In this document: positions 45,545 through 59,889 of the stretch, in pieces
Position numbering within the stretch: position 1 is the first letter of the stretch
Layout of the letters: the number at the start of each line of letters is the position of its first letter
Position numbers and translations under genes: made by a program
Assembly (NCBI RefSeq): GCF_009914755.1
Contig: NC_060931.1
Strand: one strand, 5' to 3'
Length of the DNA: 64,000 nucleotides
From: the human T2T-CHM13v2.0 reference genome, Homo sapiens
The notes under the pieces: model-generated
What the model saw: the letters and a program-made list of their open reading frames with translations, nothing else
Told to the model about the DNA's origin: nothing
Databases searched by the model: none

Positions 45545-48249
45545 CTGGGGGGAAAAAAAAAACTTACATCAAATTTAAACCATATGTTAAACTGCATATT
45601 AGTTGTGTTACACCAAAAAATTGCCTCAGCTGATCTACACAAGTTTCAAAGTCATTAATGCTTGATATAAATTTACTCAACATTAAATTATCTTAAATTA
45701 TTAATTAAAAAAAAAACTTTCTAAGGAAAAATAAACAAATGTAGACCGTGATTATCAAAGGATTATTAAAGAATCTTTACCAAAAATTTCAACCCTACAA
45801 CCTAAAAACGCAAATTTCTATTTTTAAACATCAGAAAATAACTCTTGGTTCATTACTTATGACCCAAAGTTTTTATTTCACTATTCAATATCTGAAAAGT
45901 ATCATTTATTTTCCCTTAACTGCCCCCTCTGGTGGTGATTCTAAGTATCTCAGCCAAAAAAACACAACTTTTTACAACAAACACTAAGTTTCTCCATATG
46001 ACTCTCAGTTACGAAAATATTTAAAGATATGCATTAGAAATAACCTTAAAAATTACTCTTATAACCAGGACAAATTAATTTTTATGACCAGCAGCACTCG
46101 AAGCTTAAAAAGTTTAATTTTTGGTGGACATGTCTATATTTGATATATGACAATACAGAATATGAATTACTCAGCTTAACCATATGTACAATAAAATACA
46201 TTCACGTGGCATAATCTCTAAGATAACAATTACTGAAAGCTGAAGCTTACTTGATTGGCCATGTGGCAAGCGACAGGCACAAAACAATTTTCCAAGTCAA
46301 TAGGAAAAACCTCAGAGCTGAAATCTTTATATGCTGTACTACACAGCTGTATTCTGGGCACTTATGAATGTTAAGGAAACCTGTCTTAAAAGTTAACTAG
46401 GTTAAAAAACCTCAAACGAGAGAAAGTGATATCCAGGACCAACTGCTACAAACGCATAATGCAAACTAAAAAGTCACACGTAATTTTCAATCAATTATTT
46501 TTTGTTCCTAGCAAGCAGCATTAATTGCTGCTCTCATCCCAGTTCTACGGAGCTCTCCCTCCATTCGCATGCTCCCAACTCCTAAAAAGTAGTGGTAAAA
46601 CCCAGTTCAGATTTTTTTCCTGTAGTTTTCATGACTCGTAAAAATTAAAGAAAAAATTAACTGAAATGATCAAACTAGCTCCTATGAGACACAAAGCAGT
46701 CTTTTGAAATGGTTACTTGTCACGATAGTTATTTTCATTTTTTCAGCTAGTTTTTATTCTTAATTGTCGTCAGCACATAGGTTATCTCTAAACTGAAATT
46801 ACGGATAATGTACATTTATAACAAGTTTTACAAATCACTAACAAAAAGCAAAAACTCATTACTTACCTCACAATTTATCCAAACTTACCCGATGTCCACT
46901 ATCGATTTTAAACAATGTTATTTTATAAACGTGCTTAGGGTCAAAGAAAATAACCAGGTAGACCCCCTTCGCTTGAGACCTTATGCTTATCAATGTAATG
47001 TTCAACCAAGATTGCAAACAAAATGAGAAAAGTAACAAAGTTCAAATACAGAGCGGCCCAGGCCCAAAACAGTTTTGCACATCAATCCATACGCATTACA
47101 GGAAGGAGCCTCTGAAGCCATGTTTTAATCGAAGTATAACTAAGGACAAAATCGTTATTTCACTTTCCTCGTAATCATCTATAAAGGTCCATGGATCTGT
47201 CCCGTAAGGGTTAAACTTCTCAGTAACAACATTACTTAAAATGAGTCAGCTCTACAACTTAAACGGAATCCTTAAGAACAGTAAAGGATTCTGACGCGAA
47301 TATCCCTCCCCCGCCCAGAAAACCACCTTCGTCCCTGCCCCTCGTGGCCGATGGCTTCCAATTTATGTTTATTTTGCCGCGGTTCATCTGTCGTTTTACT
47401 GACTGCAGACCCAGATAAAACCGTTACTCAAAGGAAAAAAAAGACAGGAAAAACATAAAATGGTTTCTTTGTCCTACGGCTCGCATTGAACCCGGCCCGA
47501 CGCCCTGGGTGGTGATATCTTCTCTGAAACCGGGCCCGCAAACCCGGAGCACCCCCCCTCCCCGCTCTTCGGTGTGGCTTCCGAACGCAATGGCGCCATT
47601 TCATCGAGGGGAAGGCTGAGCGCCTTTAATGAGGTGCGCAGGACTCTAAAGATCCAAGCTCACAAAACACTCCAAATCCACCTCGAAACGATATGAAAAC
47701 AGCCCGAGAAGAAAAAAAAATAGTTAACCACTTCTACTTCTTGATAGAGAAAGCACACTAAGAAAATAAAAGAGTTATAAGGAAAACGCTGAGAGGAAGG
47801 CGAGCCATGAAAATGGCGGCCGCCAAATCCGGTTCCCGGGAGAGAGGGGGAGGGGAAGCTCCGCAGCCTCGCTCACGAGGACCTGCTGCCCGCCGAAACG
47901 CTCGCCGAGGAGACGCCGTGGCCCCCGAAGCAGCGTGCTTTAGAAAGGGAATAAGAATTCCCGCCTCCGCGCCCCACTTTCACCCCAGCGGGGCAGCGTC
48001 CGCCATGTGAAAGCTCCCCATCCCCCACCCCCAGTGAAGGGAAATGGCGCCGGGAGGCTGAGGGTGGGGAAGCTGTTTGTACGCTCAGGCCTCCGCTCAA
48101 GACCCCGTTCATAAACCTTAAGCCCCACTGCTACTGAATTGGTCCGATTTCCTGCCTCTCTCCCACGGAGGCGGCTGGCCGACTTCCACTGAGGCGCCAA
48201 CGGCCTCGCCATGCCCTTTTCAATAACTCATTGATTTCAAACCCGTTAC

Positions 48250-48255
48250 CTCCAT
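48250..48255 (-). CDS. HNRNPA2B1: HNRNPA2B1 exon 1 coding part (ATG GAG)
   Basis: Minus strand GCG ATG GAG|gtaacg; the 5'UTR upstream to ~48450 has no ATG. Confidence 0.93.
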
Positions 48256-49099
48256 CGCGGACTCAGTCGCTTCAGCCCGATTTCCCGCAGCCGAGCGAGA
48301 TGAGAGAGATCTCCGCGGACGAACACGAACCGGACTCGTCCTGGCGCTGTAGTGAGAACTGCCGCTGCTCGAGAAACAACTCTGCGAGGAGCACCTCCGC
48401 ACGGGACCCGGCGCTGCTGCTACTGCCGCTAGAGCCGCTGCCGCCGCTTTTCTAGAACCTTCCCCCCCACTAACGCGTCTTCCGCTACGTCAGGCCGTCG
48501 CGTAAACGCCCTATCCGCCGCCAATGGCGGGAAGGCTCTACGCCCCACCTTACGCCAAATGCGTACTCCTCCCACCCTTGCGGCCAGAGACAGTACCCGA
48601 CGTTACTTCCGTAAATGCGCTCAATGAATTGCGGAAGGCTAGAGTCCTGCTAGTTACTACCTCTTGGAATAGGGTCCCGCCCCCTGCCTTGGCGCAAGGC
48701 AGGTGAGAAACGGTCGCGCAGTTTGAAATTAACGCCGACGGGAGGGGCTTAATCCGCAGCCTGGAGATCCAGCCCCCTCAACCCGGGAGGTGGTCCCTGC
48801 AGTTACGCCAATGATAACCCCCGCCAGAAAAATCTTAGTAGCCTTCCCTTTTTGTTTTCCGTGCCCCAACTCGGCGGATTGACTCGGCCCCTTCCGGAAA
48901 CACCCGAATCAACTTCTAGTCAAATTATTGTTCACGCCGCAATGACCCACCCCTGGCCCGCGTCTGTGGAACTGACCCCTGGTGTACAGGAGAGTTCGCT
49001 GCTGAAAGTGGTCCCAAAGGGGTACTAGTTTTTAAGCTCCCAACTCCCCCTCCCCCAGCGTCTGGAGGATTCCACACCCTCGCACCGCAGGGGCGAGGA

Positions 49100-49239
49100 A
49101 GTGGGCGGAGTCCGGTTTTGGCGCCAGCCGCTGAGGCTGCCAAGCAGAAAAGCCACCGCTGAGGAGACTCCGGTCACTGTCCTCGCCCCGCCTCCCCCTT
49201 CCCTCCCCTTGGGGACCACCGGGCGCCACGCCGCGAACG
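49100..49239 (+). other. CBX3: CBX3 non-coding first exon 1a (5' end approximate)
   Basis: Strong donor ACG|gtaagt at 49239/49240. Confidence 0.75.
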
Positions 49240-49414
49240 GTAAGTGCCGCGGTCGTCGGCGCCTCCGCCCTCCCCCTAGGGCCCCAATTCCCAGCGGGCG
49301 CGGCGCGCGGCCCCTCCCCCCGCCGGGCGCGCGCCCGCTGCCCCGCCCTTCGTGGCCGCCCGGCGTGGGCGGTGCCACCCCTCCCCCCGGCGGCCCCGCG
49401 CGCAGCTCCCGGCT

Positions 49415-49504
49415 CCCTCCCCCTTCGGATGTGGCTTGAGCTGTAGGCGCGGAGGGCCGGAGACGCTGCAGACCCGCGACCCGGAGCAGCTCGGAGGCGG
49501 TGAA
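49415..49504 (+). other. CBX3: CBX3 alternative non-coding first exon 1b (5' end approximate)
   Basis: Donor GAA|gtcggt; matches my recollection of CBX3 mRNA ...GGCGGTGAA-TAATAGCTC. Confidence 0.65.
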
Positions 49505-50676
49505 GTCGGTGGCTTTCCTTCTCTCTAGCTCTCGCTCGCTGGTGGTGCTTCAGATGCCACACGCGTCCCGGGGGCCCGGTTCTCCGCTCCCCTCCCCTCC
49601 CCTTCTCGCCGGACCCCGCGCCGGGAGCTGCGGGAAGGAGTGGAGGGTCGGGCGGTGGCCTCGCGGCTGGCCTGGCGCGCGGCCAGCGCCGGTAGTTAGT
49701 GGGGGGACTGCTCTGCCCTCGAGGGGGTAGGGAGCTGTGGCGACGGTTGCCCCATTTCGAGACAAAGCGCATTTCCCCCTCCCCTCCCCCACCCGCGTTC
49801 CGGCGGAGGCGCCCCCTCCCCCAGCCGCCACGCGGGGCTGGGTCGAGACTTGGGCCTCCCGGAGGGCGGCGCGTGGTCCCGCGTCCGCGAGGCCTGGCGG
49901 CGCGCGGCCGGCTGTCCCGAGGCTGCGGCGACCGCCCAGTTAACGTGGCCGCCGCGGGGGTAGGCGCGTGCGGTGTGGCGCAGTGCCCTTGAGCCCCCGT
50001 GCCGCGGCCTTTGTTTCTCCCCGCGGATGCGCTGACCACGAGGCCCGCGCTCCCGGGTGGGGGCGGGCACCCGCGCTTAGGCCTCTGGACGCCGGGCTTC
50101 AGCGGCGGGGGTCGGGAGCGGGTGTTTGCAAGAGGTGATTCTTTTTTCAAAGTGTCACGAAACGGGGTTGAAGCATCTTAAGTTTTTTCCTTTTGTTATT
50201 TAATTACCGATTGGAAAGAGGGAGGGTTTCTGAGCAGAAACCAAGTTGGGATTGCAGAACAGAGAAGATTCACAGTGCTTTACCGTTGTGAGTTGTTTGG
50301 GTAATCGTGCCTGGTTTTAAACCGAAAGGATTGTCCTTTAAAAATGGAACATGGACTTTATTATAAATGGGACTTAGATTGGAAAAGACATTGGTCCCCT
50401 ATTTTAAGCCATGTGAAGCTGTTTTAGGTACCAGGATCCCCAGTAAAGTCTTTCTAGACTCACATGGTTAGGACACGTACTTAAGTACATCATAAGCAAT
50501 GTAGGTAGGAGCGCAGATCTACTCTGGATTTGTATTCACGTTTGAAATGTGCGCTCTCTACTTGGGGGTTGGAATCCAAACAGAATTTGTATTTAGTTAC
50601 CTTTTTTGTGTCATGCAAACTTACCTTAACTGTCATGCATTTTTCTAGTAATAGCTCTTCAAGTCTGCAATAAAAA

Positions 50677-50700
50677 ATGGCCTCCAACAAAACTACATTG
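50677..50700 (+). CDS. CBX3: CBX3 exon 2 coding part (MASNKTTL)
   Basis: Acceptor ttttctag| at 50648/50649; AAAATGG context; donor TTG|gtaagt. Confidence 0.95.
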
Positions 50701-52432
50701 GTAAGTTAATGAAAACCTAAAATATGTAAGGATTTAACTCGTTTTTTTTCCCCACAGTATAACTTTGCATCTCTGTGGCTGAGAAATTTACATCCACATA
50801 TTTCCCAGCTCTCCCAGTGTAAATTACAGGGGAAAATTAAGAGAAAAACGAATTCATTACAGGGAGATACTGGCTTGGCTTAATAGTGTCTTAACTAGTT
50901 CAAAGAAGGCTAATCTTTGAAGGACAGTGCAATGTGGATTTTGCTGAGGATTTTTATCTTCAAATAGAAATACACACATTTTTGCAGCGTTGAAAAATGT
51001 TACATAAAATGGTAAAGCCCTTGTTGGTTGGCATAATTTTTCTTAAATCCCCAGAATTCTGGAGAAGTATTTTCATTAAAGCCCAATTTAAAGAACAAGG
51101 TACCTTGTGCACCTAGGTTGGAGCAAAAGTCATTGAATCTTTCAAATTACTTTGGTCACTTTATCTTGTTTTAACTTACTCTAAAACATAGAAGAATATT
51201 AAGTTTAATTCATTGCAGTGTTTTGTTTTTTAAACAAAATGATCGAAATCGCAAATATGAGCCAGAAGGGAGAAAAGGCTAGATTTTTTTTTTATCTTAT
51301 TCAGCCATGTCATGTTACAAGTTTTTTTAAACCCTGGAATATTCACATAAAAATCATGAAATTCAAAGTTACAGTTTTCACAATATTTAACATTGCATTA
51401 ATCTTAAACACGTAAAGGTGAATGTTAATGTCTCCTAGGTAAAATAAAGCATTTGTTTTTGGCTTGTATGTGCTCTCTCTGGGTTTCACACTAAAAAGGG
51501 CACGTTAGTGATTTTTAATTTGTGCCATCATTAGATTCTGCATTAAGTCTGTTTACCCTGCATTAGATTCTGCATTAGATTCTGTTTACCCTGGAAAACA
51601 GAAGTTGTTTTTGCACGCAATTGATAGCCTTTGGGGTCTGTTATTGTATTTAGTTTATTTTGTGAAGGATCACAGGTTGGCCACTTTAAAAGTTCTTAAC
51701 TTTCCATTTTAAAAATTCATTAGTGTTGTGAGATATGTGTGCTGTTAATTTCACTTAAATAATGGGAAATTTATTTTGACTCATCCACTTTTGGAAAAAA
51801 GTGCTGGGTTAAGGCAAATATATACTATAAAAGAAAATAGTGAGCATTTGAAACTAGCTTATGAATGCCATAGTAGTGAATGAATACTGTATGGCATTTT
51901 GTCTGCCTTTTTTTTTTTGTAAACCTTAGTGTGTATCCTTTTCATTTTCTGTATTTATTGTTGACTTTATTTTGTTAGCCTTCTCCCTTTGTGGCAGTAG
52001 CTGTTTTGTTTTTCATGTAGTATAGGTATCTGATACACTTCTGTCTATTACAGTTTGTCTTTGCTCCTCCCACCATTATTCCTACCTTCTTGTACTGTAC
52101 AGTGGCAGAAAGCTGTTTGGGCCCAGTACTCAAGTATCTTGACTAATGAGAATCATAACACCTGACTTAGAAATGGTATCCAAAAACGTCAGGTGTTTGC
52201 TGCATGTTTTTGTATTTCAGGGGATTTTTATTTTGTGTGTGTGTATGTGTTACCTATATGCTTGCATAGCTTGAAATGCCCTTTTGCAGTCTTGAGGCCT
52301 TTCTTACATATCTGTCTGCACACTTCATATGCCTGCATAGCTTGAAATGTCCTTCTGTAGCCTTGAGGTGTTCTTAACTTTTTTCTGCTTGCTGCTTTAC
52401 TTGTGGGATGGCTTTAATGATTGAGCAATTAA

Positions 52433-52789
<357 letters not shown>

Positions 52790-54043
52790 TTAAGATGGAT
52801 TCCTTCTCAGCCCATAGGATCTTCTGATTAACCATTTCAGGGTTTTTTTTCCCCCATTTTTAATCCTCTCATAAAAATTTTCCCCATTTTTAGTCCTCTC
52901 ATAGGAAATCTTGAGCCATTGGAAAGAGCTGGTTCACGTTGGTTTCCTGCTTCTCTTAAATAGTGTCATACCAAAGAAAATGCCTGTTTAAAGTGAATTT
53001 GGTTACCAGTATAGACTTTCTCTTGAGAAACCAGGAAGGAAGGATTTTTTTCACCTTAGGGAATTAAAATAAATTTGTAATGTTGGTCTCTTGAAGTGAT
53101 AGCTTTATAGTTTTGTTCTAAGTGGTAGGAAATATTATCTACAGAGATTATGGAAAAATAATCTTGTCCTTTAATTGAACCTCCTAGTGGTCTCTATAGT
53201 TGACCCTGCAGTTGGTATCAGGATTTTGAACCATGTTTTCATTCTGCATTTATCTTTTCTCTGTATCATTGATGCTTTTGACATTAATATTTGAATTGAG
53301 AAGGGGGCTGGGGCTTTTACCATCTGGGGGTGGATACAAGGTCTGTCATAGGTTCACCTAAGACCTGTCACTACTACTTGCTTCTCTGTATCACCCTTTA
53401 GGTACTTCCTGCATAGTTGTTTGTTGCAGTGTTGTTAAAATGAGTGAAAATTAGTAAACTTGGTCTTTTAAGACTACAGGGCCGGGCGCAGTGGCTCACG
53501 CCTGTAATGCCAGCACTTTGGGAGGCCCAGGCTGGTGAATCACTTCAGGTCAGGAGTTTGAGACCAGCCTGGTCAACATGGTGAAACCCTGTTTCTAATA
53601 AAAACACAAAAAAAATTAGCCCGGCATGGTGGCATCCGCCTATAATCCCAGCTACTCTGGAGGCTGAGGCATGAGAACTGCTTGAACCTGGGGAGGCGGA
53701 GGTTGCAGTGAGCTGAGATCACGCCACTGCACTCCAGCCTGGGCGACAAGAGTGTGAGACCCTGTCTCAAAAAAAAAGACTGGAAAAAAATAACTGTTTC
53801 CAGATAGTGTTTTTTTATTGTATTATTTTGGTGGTGGGTTGTAAGTTTGAACTAAATGAACAAGATAAAGCATTCTTTTATTTTATTGTCTGTTGACTTT
53901 TAATCTTTCCAGAAGGTGTCTGCCCTGGGATATAGAAGTAAAAATTTATGTCGAATGTGATAATAATATAAGCAATTGAGCCTTGAAAATGTGCTCAAAA
54001 TTCAAGAGGAATATTTCTTAATTTCTCTTTTGTTTTATTTTAG

Positions 54044-54187
<144 letters not shown>

Positions 54188-55143
54188 TAAGAAACTTTAG
54201 TGCATCTTTACTATATGTTTAACTGCAGCTAAGTGGTTTTAGAATTTGTTTTTAACCTGGCTCTTTTACCTGCTTTCCTGTAGGTGTCTTTAAATGTAAA
54301 GACACTTTGAATTTTAGGTGTCTCATTTGAGGTCTATTTCAAAAGAACCAAGACTTTATTGTACAGTTGAAGGTGAGCAGACTAGAGACTAGTTTATTAC
54401 CCTGGGGAGTCAAATTTATAAAATTATGGAGTGTAGTTTACTATGTAATATATTTTAATGTGGTTAGATATTACACTAATTAGAATAATCTGCATTATTT
54501 TCCTCCACACAGAGGGTGCTAAAAACATTGAAGCTTTACAATATAGACTAGTGGGTCTCATACAGGATTACATATAATCTAGGCTTTATACTAGGTTTAT
54601 TATATCCTTATACCTAAGAAGTAGAACCTGGGCATGTTTTAAGCTCTCTGGTTCCTTGTGTTCTTTGATATGGATTGCTCTCATTATTCTTGATAATGTT
54701 ATTCACAAAATGTGAATAACTTGAACATGCAACAATTACATACTTTAACGCTTGGGGTTTGTTGTGCTTATCTGCTTTGATTCTTCCCCCTTACACCACA
54801 AAGCTCCATAGGCAGTGACAATTAAAAATGGATAGGTGGAGATCAATTTCCTGAGCACGCTGGAGATGGAGCATATGATAGTCGAATGATTGGGCTTCAC
54901 CTATCTGTTATCTCCTACTTCCCCTGCTCTTCACATTTAATTCATAGCAGTTTGGGAATTATGAATTGAATGGGAGATTTACGTTTGCCTGTTTTATCCT
55001 TCAGTATTCTTAGTTTAAATTAAGTATGTGTCGTAAGTCCCTTCTTTATTAAGCCCATGAAACATGAAAAATTATTTTTACCCATCAAAACATTAGGAAA
55101 TGAATGGGCTCCTCCCTCTTCTCCCAAAACTTAAGGCCACTAG

Positions 55144-55593
<450 letters not shown>

Positions 55594-56068
55594 TAGAATA
55601 TAGGGCCTGGGTGCAGTGGCTCACACCTGTAATTCCAGCACTTTGGGGGTCCAAGGCTGGAGGATCACTTGACACCAGGAATTCAAGACCAGCCTGGCCA
55701 ACAAAATGAGACCCCTTCTCTATTAAAAAAAAAAAAAAAGTGTGTGTTTTAAGTTAGCTGGGCATGGTGGTGCATGCCTGTAGTCCCAGCTACTTGGGCT
55801 GAGGTGGAGGATCGCTTGAGTCGGGAGTTGGAATCTTCAGTGAGCTATGATTCCACTACTGCACTCTCGTCTGGGCAACAAAGCAAGACCCTGTCTCTGG
55901 CGGAGGCAGGCTGGGGGGTGGGGTAATGTAGGGAAGGAGGAAATGATTAGTATCTGCAGTACAGAGGACTTTTTATTCCCCCGGGTGTCTATTAAAATAG
56001 ATCTGGATAATGGTGATGAATCATATTTAATTCAATCACCTTTTTTTTTTTTAATAAACTAAACACAG

Positions 56069-56231
56069 TGCTGACAATACTTGGGAACCTGAAGAAAATT
56101 TAGATTGTCCAGAATTGATTGAAGCGTTTCTTAACTCTCAGAAAGCTGGCAAAGAAAAAGATGGTACAAAAAGAAAATCTTTATCTGACAGTGAATCTGA
56201 TGACAGCAAATCAAAGAAGAAAAGAGATGCT
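56069..56231 (+). CDS. CBX3: CBX3 exon 4 (chromodomain C-half, hinge KRKS)
   Basis: cacag|T GCT GAC AAT ACT TGG GAA CCT...GAT GCT|gtaagt; 163 nt. Confidence 0.96.
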
Positions 56232-56590
56232 GTAAGTATAAAATATTGCCCACCAGCTTGTCCTTTTGTAAAAGGTTGATGGCTTGATTTCTTTTTTGTT
56301 TGTTTGTTTTTTTGAGATGGAGTCTTGCTCTTGTCGCCCAGGCTGGAGTGCAATGGCATGATCTTGGTCACTGCAACTGCCGCCTCCTGGGTTCAAGCGA
56401 TTCTCCTGCCTGAGCCTCCCAAGTAGCTGGGATTATAGGTGCCCACCACCACGCCCAGCTAATTTTGGTACTTTTAGTAGAGATGGGGTTTTGCCATGTT
56501 GGCCAGGCTGGTCTTGAACTCCTGACCTCATGATCCTCCCGCCTCGGCCTCCCAAAGTGTTGGGATTGTAGGCATGAGCCACCACGCCTG

Positions 56591-56632
<42 letters not shown>

Positions 56633-57666
56633 CCTGGGAGACAGAGTCTCCCTCTGTCACCCAGGCTGGAGTGTAGTGGTGCAGTTTCGGCTCACTGCAA
56701 CCTCCGCCTCCAGAGTAGCTGGGATTACAAGCGTGTACCACCACACCCAGCTGGTTTTTGTATATTTAGTAGAGACGGGGTTTCACCATGTTGGCCAGAC
56801 TGATCTCAAACTCCTGACATCAGGTGATCCACCCGCCTCGGCCTCCCAGAGTGCTGGGATTACAGGCGTGAACCACCACACCAAGCCCACCTTTGACGAC
56901 TTGCTTTTTTAAAATTCAGATACTTTTATAAAAGGCCTCTTAATCGTATTTTAAATATTTTAATACTTAGGACAATAAGGATGGGCGTGGTTTAGCCTAC
57001 TTTGTGTAAATGTGCAGTAAGTGCTCATGCCACTTAGGTTGTGCTAGTGCAATTTTTCTTAGTTTCATGGATCTGATCCCTGATCAGACCAATTACCTGT
57101 GATCCAAGGCTAGCAATCTTAAATACAAACAATACTAAGATTGGATTATCGAAAGCCTTTGCACTACAGTAAGAACAACGCAAATAGAACTTTCTGATTA
57201 TAGTCCATCAATGGCATTGACCACCGAAAAGTACTTGCATGTCATCTTTGTATTGCCAAACAATACCTTGATTTTGAAGTCTGTAATCTTTGATAATAGT
57301 TAAACACTTTTCTTGGCATGAATTGAGACATTCAGTTCATTCACTATACATGTGTTTTGGTCCAGTCTTTGCTTTACTTATGTCTCTGTGGCGTCAGGCA
57401 AATCAGGTAACTTCTTACTTACACCCTTGATTGTAAAACAGATTATACTTGTCTTGCCTACTGACCTAGTGTGGCAATTTGGGGAAACATCTTGGTGCTG
57501 AATTAGGTTCTAGGCTCAGGCACTAAACATGATTTAAAACTTGATCATTTGAACTAGAAGCCAAGTACAACCTTCAAGACAACTCTGTATAAGGTCATAG
57601 GTATAATCACTATTTTACAGATGAGGAAACGAGATTGACTACAAATTTGGTTTTGAAAATAAATCA

Positions 57667-57945
<279 letters not shown>

Positions 57946-58261
57946 CTAGGCAACGGAGCAAGACCTTGTCTCAAAAAATTATTAAATAATAAATCAGGCA
58001 CAACTTTAACAACACTTATTGAGTCCTTAGCATGTGCTATACTGTGTGCCAAATTATTTGCTTTTAATGTGCTGTGAAATATCTGTGCAGTAGATACTAA
58101 AATTCTGTTTTATTAACCTAAACCACAAAGAGGTTAATTAACTTGCCCAAAGCCACACAGCTCGTAAGTGGGGTAGGTCCATCATTCTCACCCAGGCAGT
58201 GTGACTCCAGAGCTTGTGACATTGATGTAAAACTCTGACAGGAATAAAGGATTTATTGATA

Positions 58262-58640
58262 TCATTGGTTCTCAAACTTTTTTTGGTCTCAGGGCCTCTT
58301 TATACTCTAAAAAAATTATTGAGGATCCCCAGAGAGCTTTTGTTTATATGGGTTATAATTATCAATACTAACAGTAGAAATTAAAACAAATTTCTAAAAT
58401 GACTTTTCTAAAAAAGCTGAGAAGAGTAGCATTTTACATTTTTACAGATATTCAACATGTGTCTTAAGGCAATTTTACTTAAACACATTTGATTGCTGTG
58501 GCGGATCATTTTGGTGGAGGTATATGAAGACAATCCAAAGTCACAAATAGATGAAAAAAGGGGGCCTTACACAACCCCCTCCCAAAAAGGACTCTGGAAT
58601 CCCCAGTGAATCCGTAGACCACATTTTGAGAGCCACTGGT
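58262..58640. mobile_element. hAT-Charlie DNA transposon fragment
   Basis: Inverted ends CATTGGTTCTCAAA...TTTGAGAGCCACTG. Confidence 0.65.
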
Positions 58641-58661
58641 TTATATTAAGTACTTTCTAGC

Positions 58662-58870
58662 GCAGGGGGTCCAATCTTTTGGCAGCCCTGGGCCACATTA
58701 GGAGAATTGTCGAGGGCTACACATAAAATAGACTTAATACCAACCATAGCTGATGAGCTAAAAAAAAAAAAAAAAAAAATCGCAAGAAAGTTTCAATGTT
58801 TTAAGAAAGTTTACAAATTTGTGTTGGGCCTCCAAAGCCATCCTGGGCCACAGGTTACACAAGTTTGTTC
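58662..58870 (+). mobile_element. MER30-like MITE
   Basis: CAGGGGGTCCAATCTTTTGGCAGCCCTGGGCCACAT...GCTGATGAGCTAAAA. Confidence 0.8.
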
Positions 58871-59291
58871 TAACATTTACTATCATTTAGAATGATTACA
58901 GATAGTTGGTATGAGTTTTAACATTTTTAATATTTCTTACCGTTTGTGTTTTGTTTATGCTTTTAAAATGTGTCAGTAATTCAGACTAATTCCTGGAAGT
59001 CATTTGAAATATATTAACTTTCAAGACTTTATTATTACCAGAAATAAAGAGGTTAGTTTTTCTGTATGCCCACACAACTCTGACTTTGGTGTCATTGAAC
59101 GCAGTAATTTTCTTGACTTTTTATTCTGAATGTTTTCAGAAATTTTAAGTATTCTACGTTGAGTATCAAACTCAGGTTTTTCTGCTTGTAAAGTTAATGG
59201 AAATCAGATGTTTTTAATTACCAAATATGGGTTCTTGCTCTAGTCATTTCCATCTCACTATTGGAATGTTTTTATTTAAAATACGCCATGA

Positions 59292-59438
<147 letters not shown>

Positions 59439-59757
59439 TGAGTATGCAGAGATTGTTACATTTGAAAGTAAGAGTAGCTTTTTTTTTTTAATTTGTGAAA
59501 TGGTTTTTCATCATTAGGTAGGGAAAAACTATCTGCTGAGAGGATGATTCTGGTTACTTTTACTAGTAGTGTTTTAAAGCAAGGGTCAGCAAACTGTGGC
59601 CTGTTTTGAAAATGAAGTTTATTAGAACATAGCAACAAGTAACATAACTCTCCTGGAGCACTTCAATACCTTTTGTTTGGACTATTATTTCTTAAATGAA
59701 TGGCTGTCGGTTGACATGAACAACTTCGACTTGTAACTGAATTTTTCTTTTTCTTAA

Positions 59758-59889
<132 letters not shown>

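Larger units (their letters stand above)
47300..50150. promoter_or_regulatory. HNRNPA2B1-CBX3 bidirectional CpG-island promoter (A2UCOE ubiquitous chromatin opening element)
   Basis: ~2.8 kb CpG-dense region with divergent first exons; YY1, E2F, CCAAT and GC-box motifs; UCOE identity is established knowledge. Confidence 0.93.

Noticed and set aside
47807-50181. Many Pro/Arg/Gly-rich ORFs, including 372 aa on the minus strand
   Set aside because: Stop-codon scarcity in a CpG island; no recognisable domain
51864-51898. Hairpin AATGCCATA...TATGGCATT
   Set aside because: Too short for a pre-miRNA; no snoRNA boxes; expected by chance
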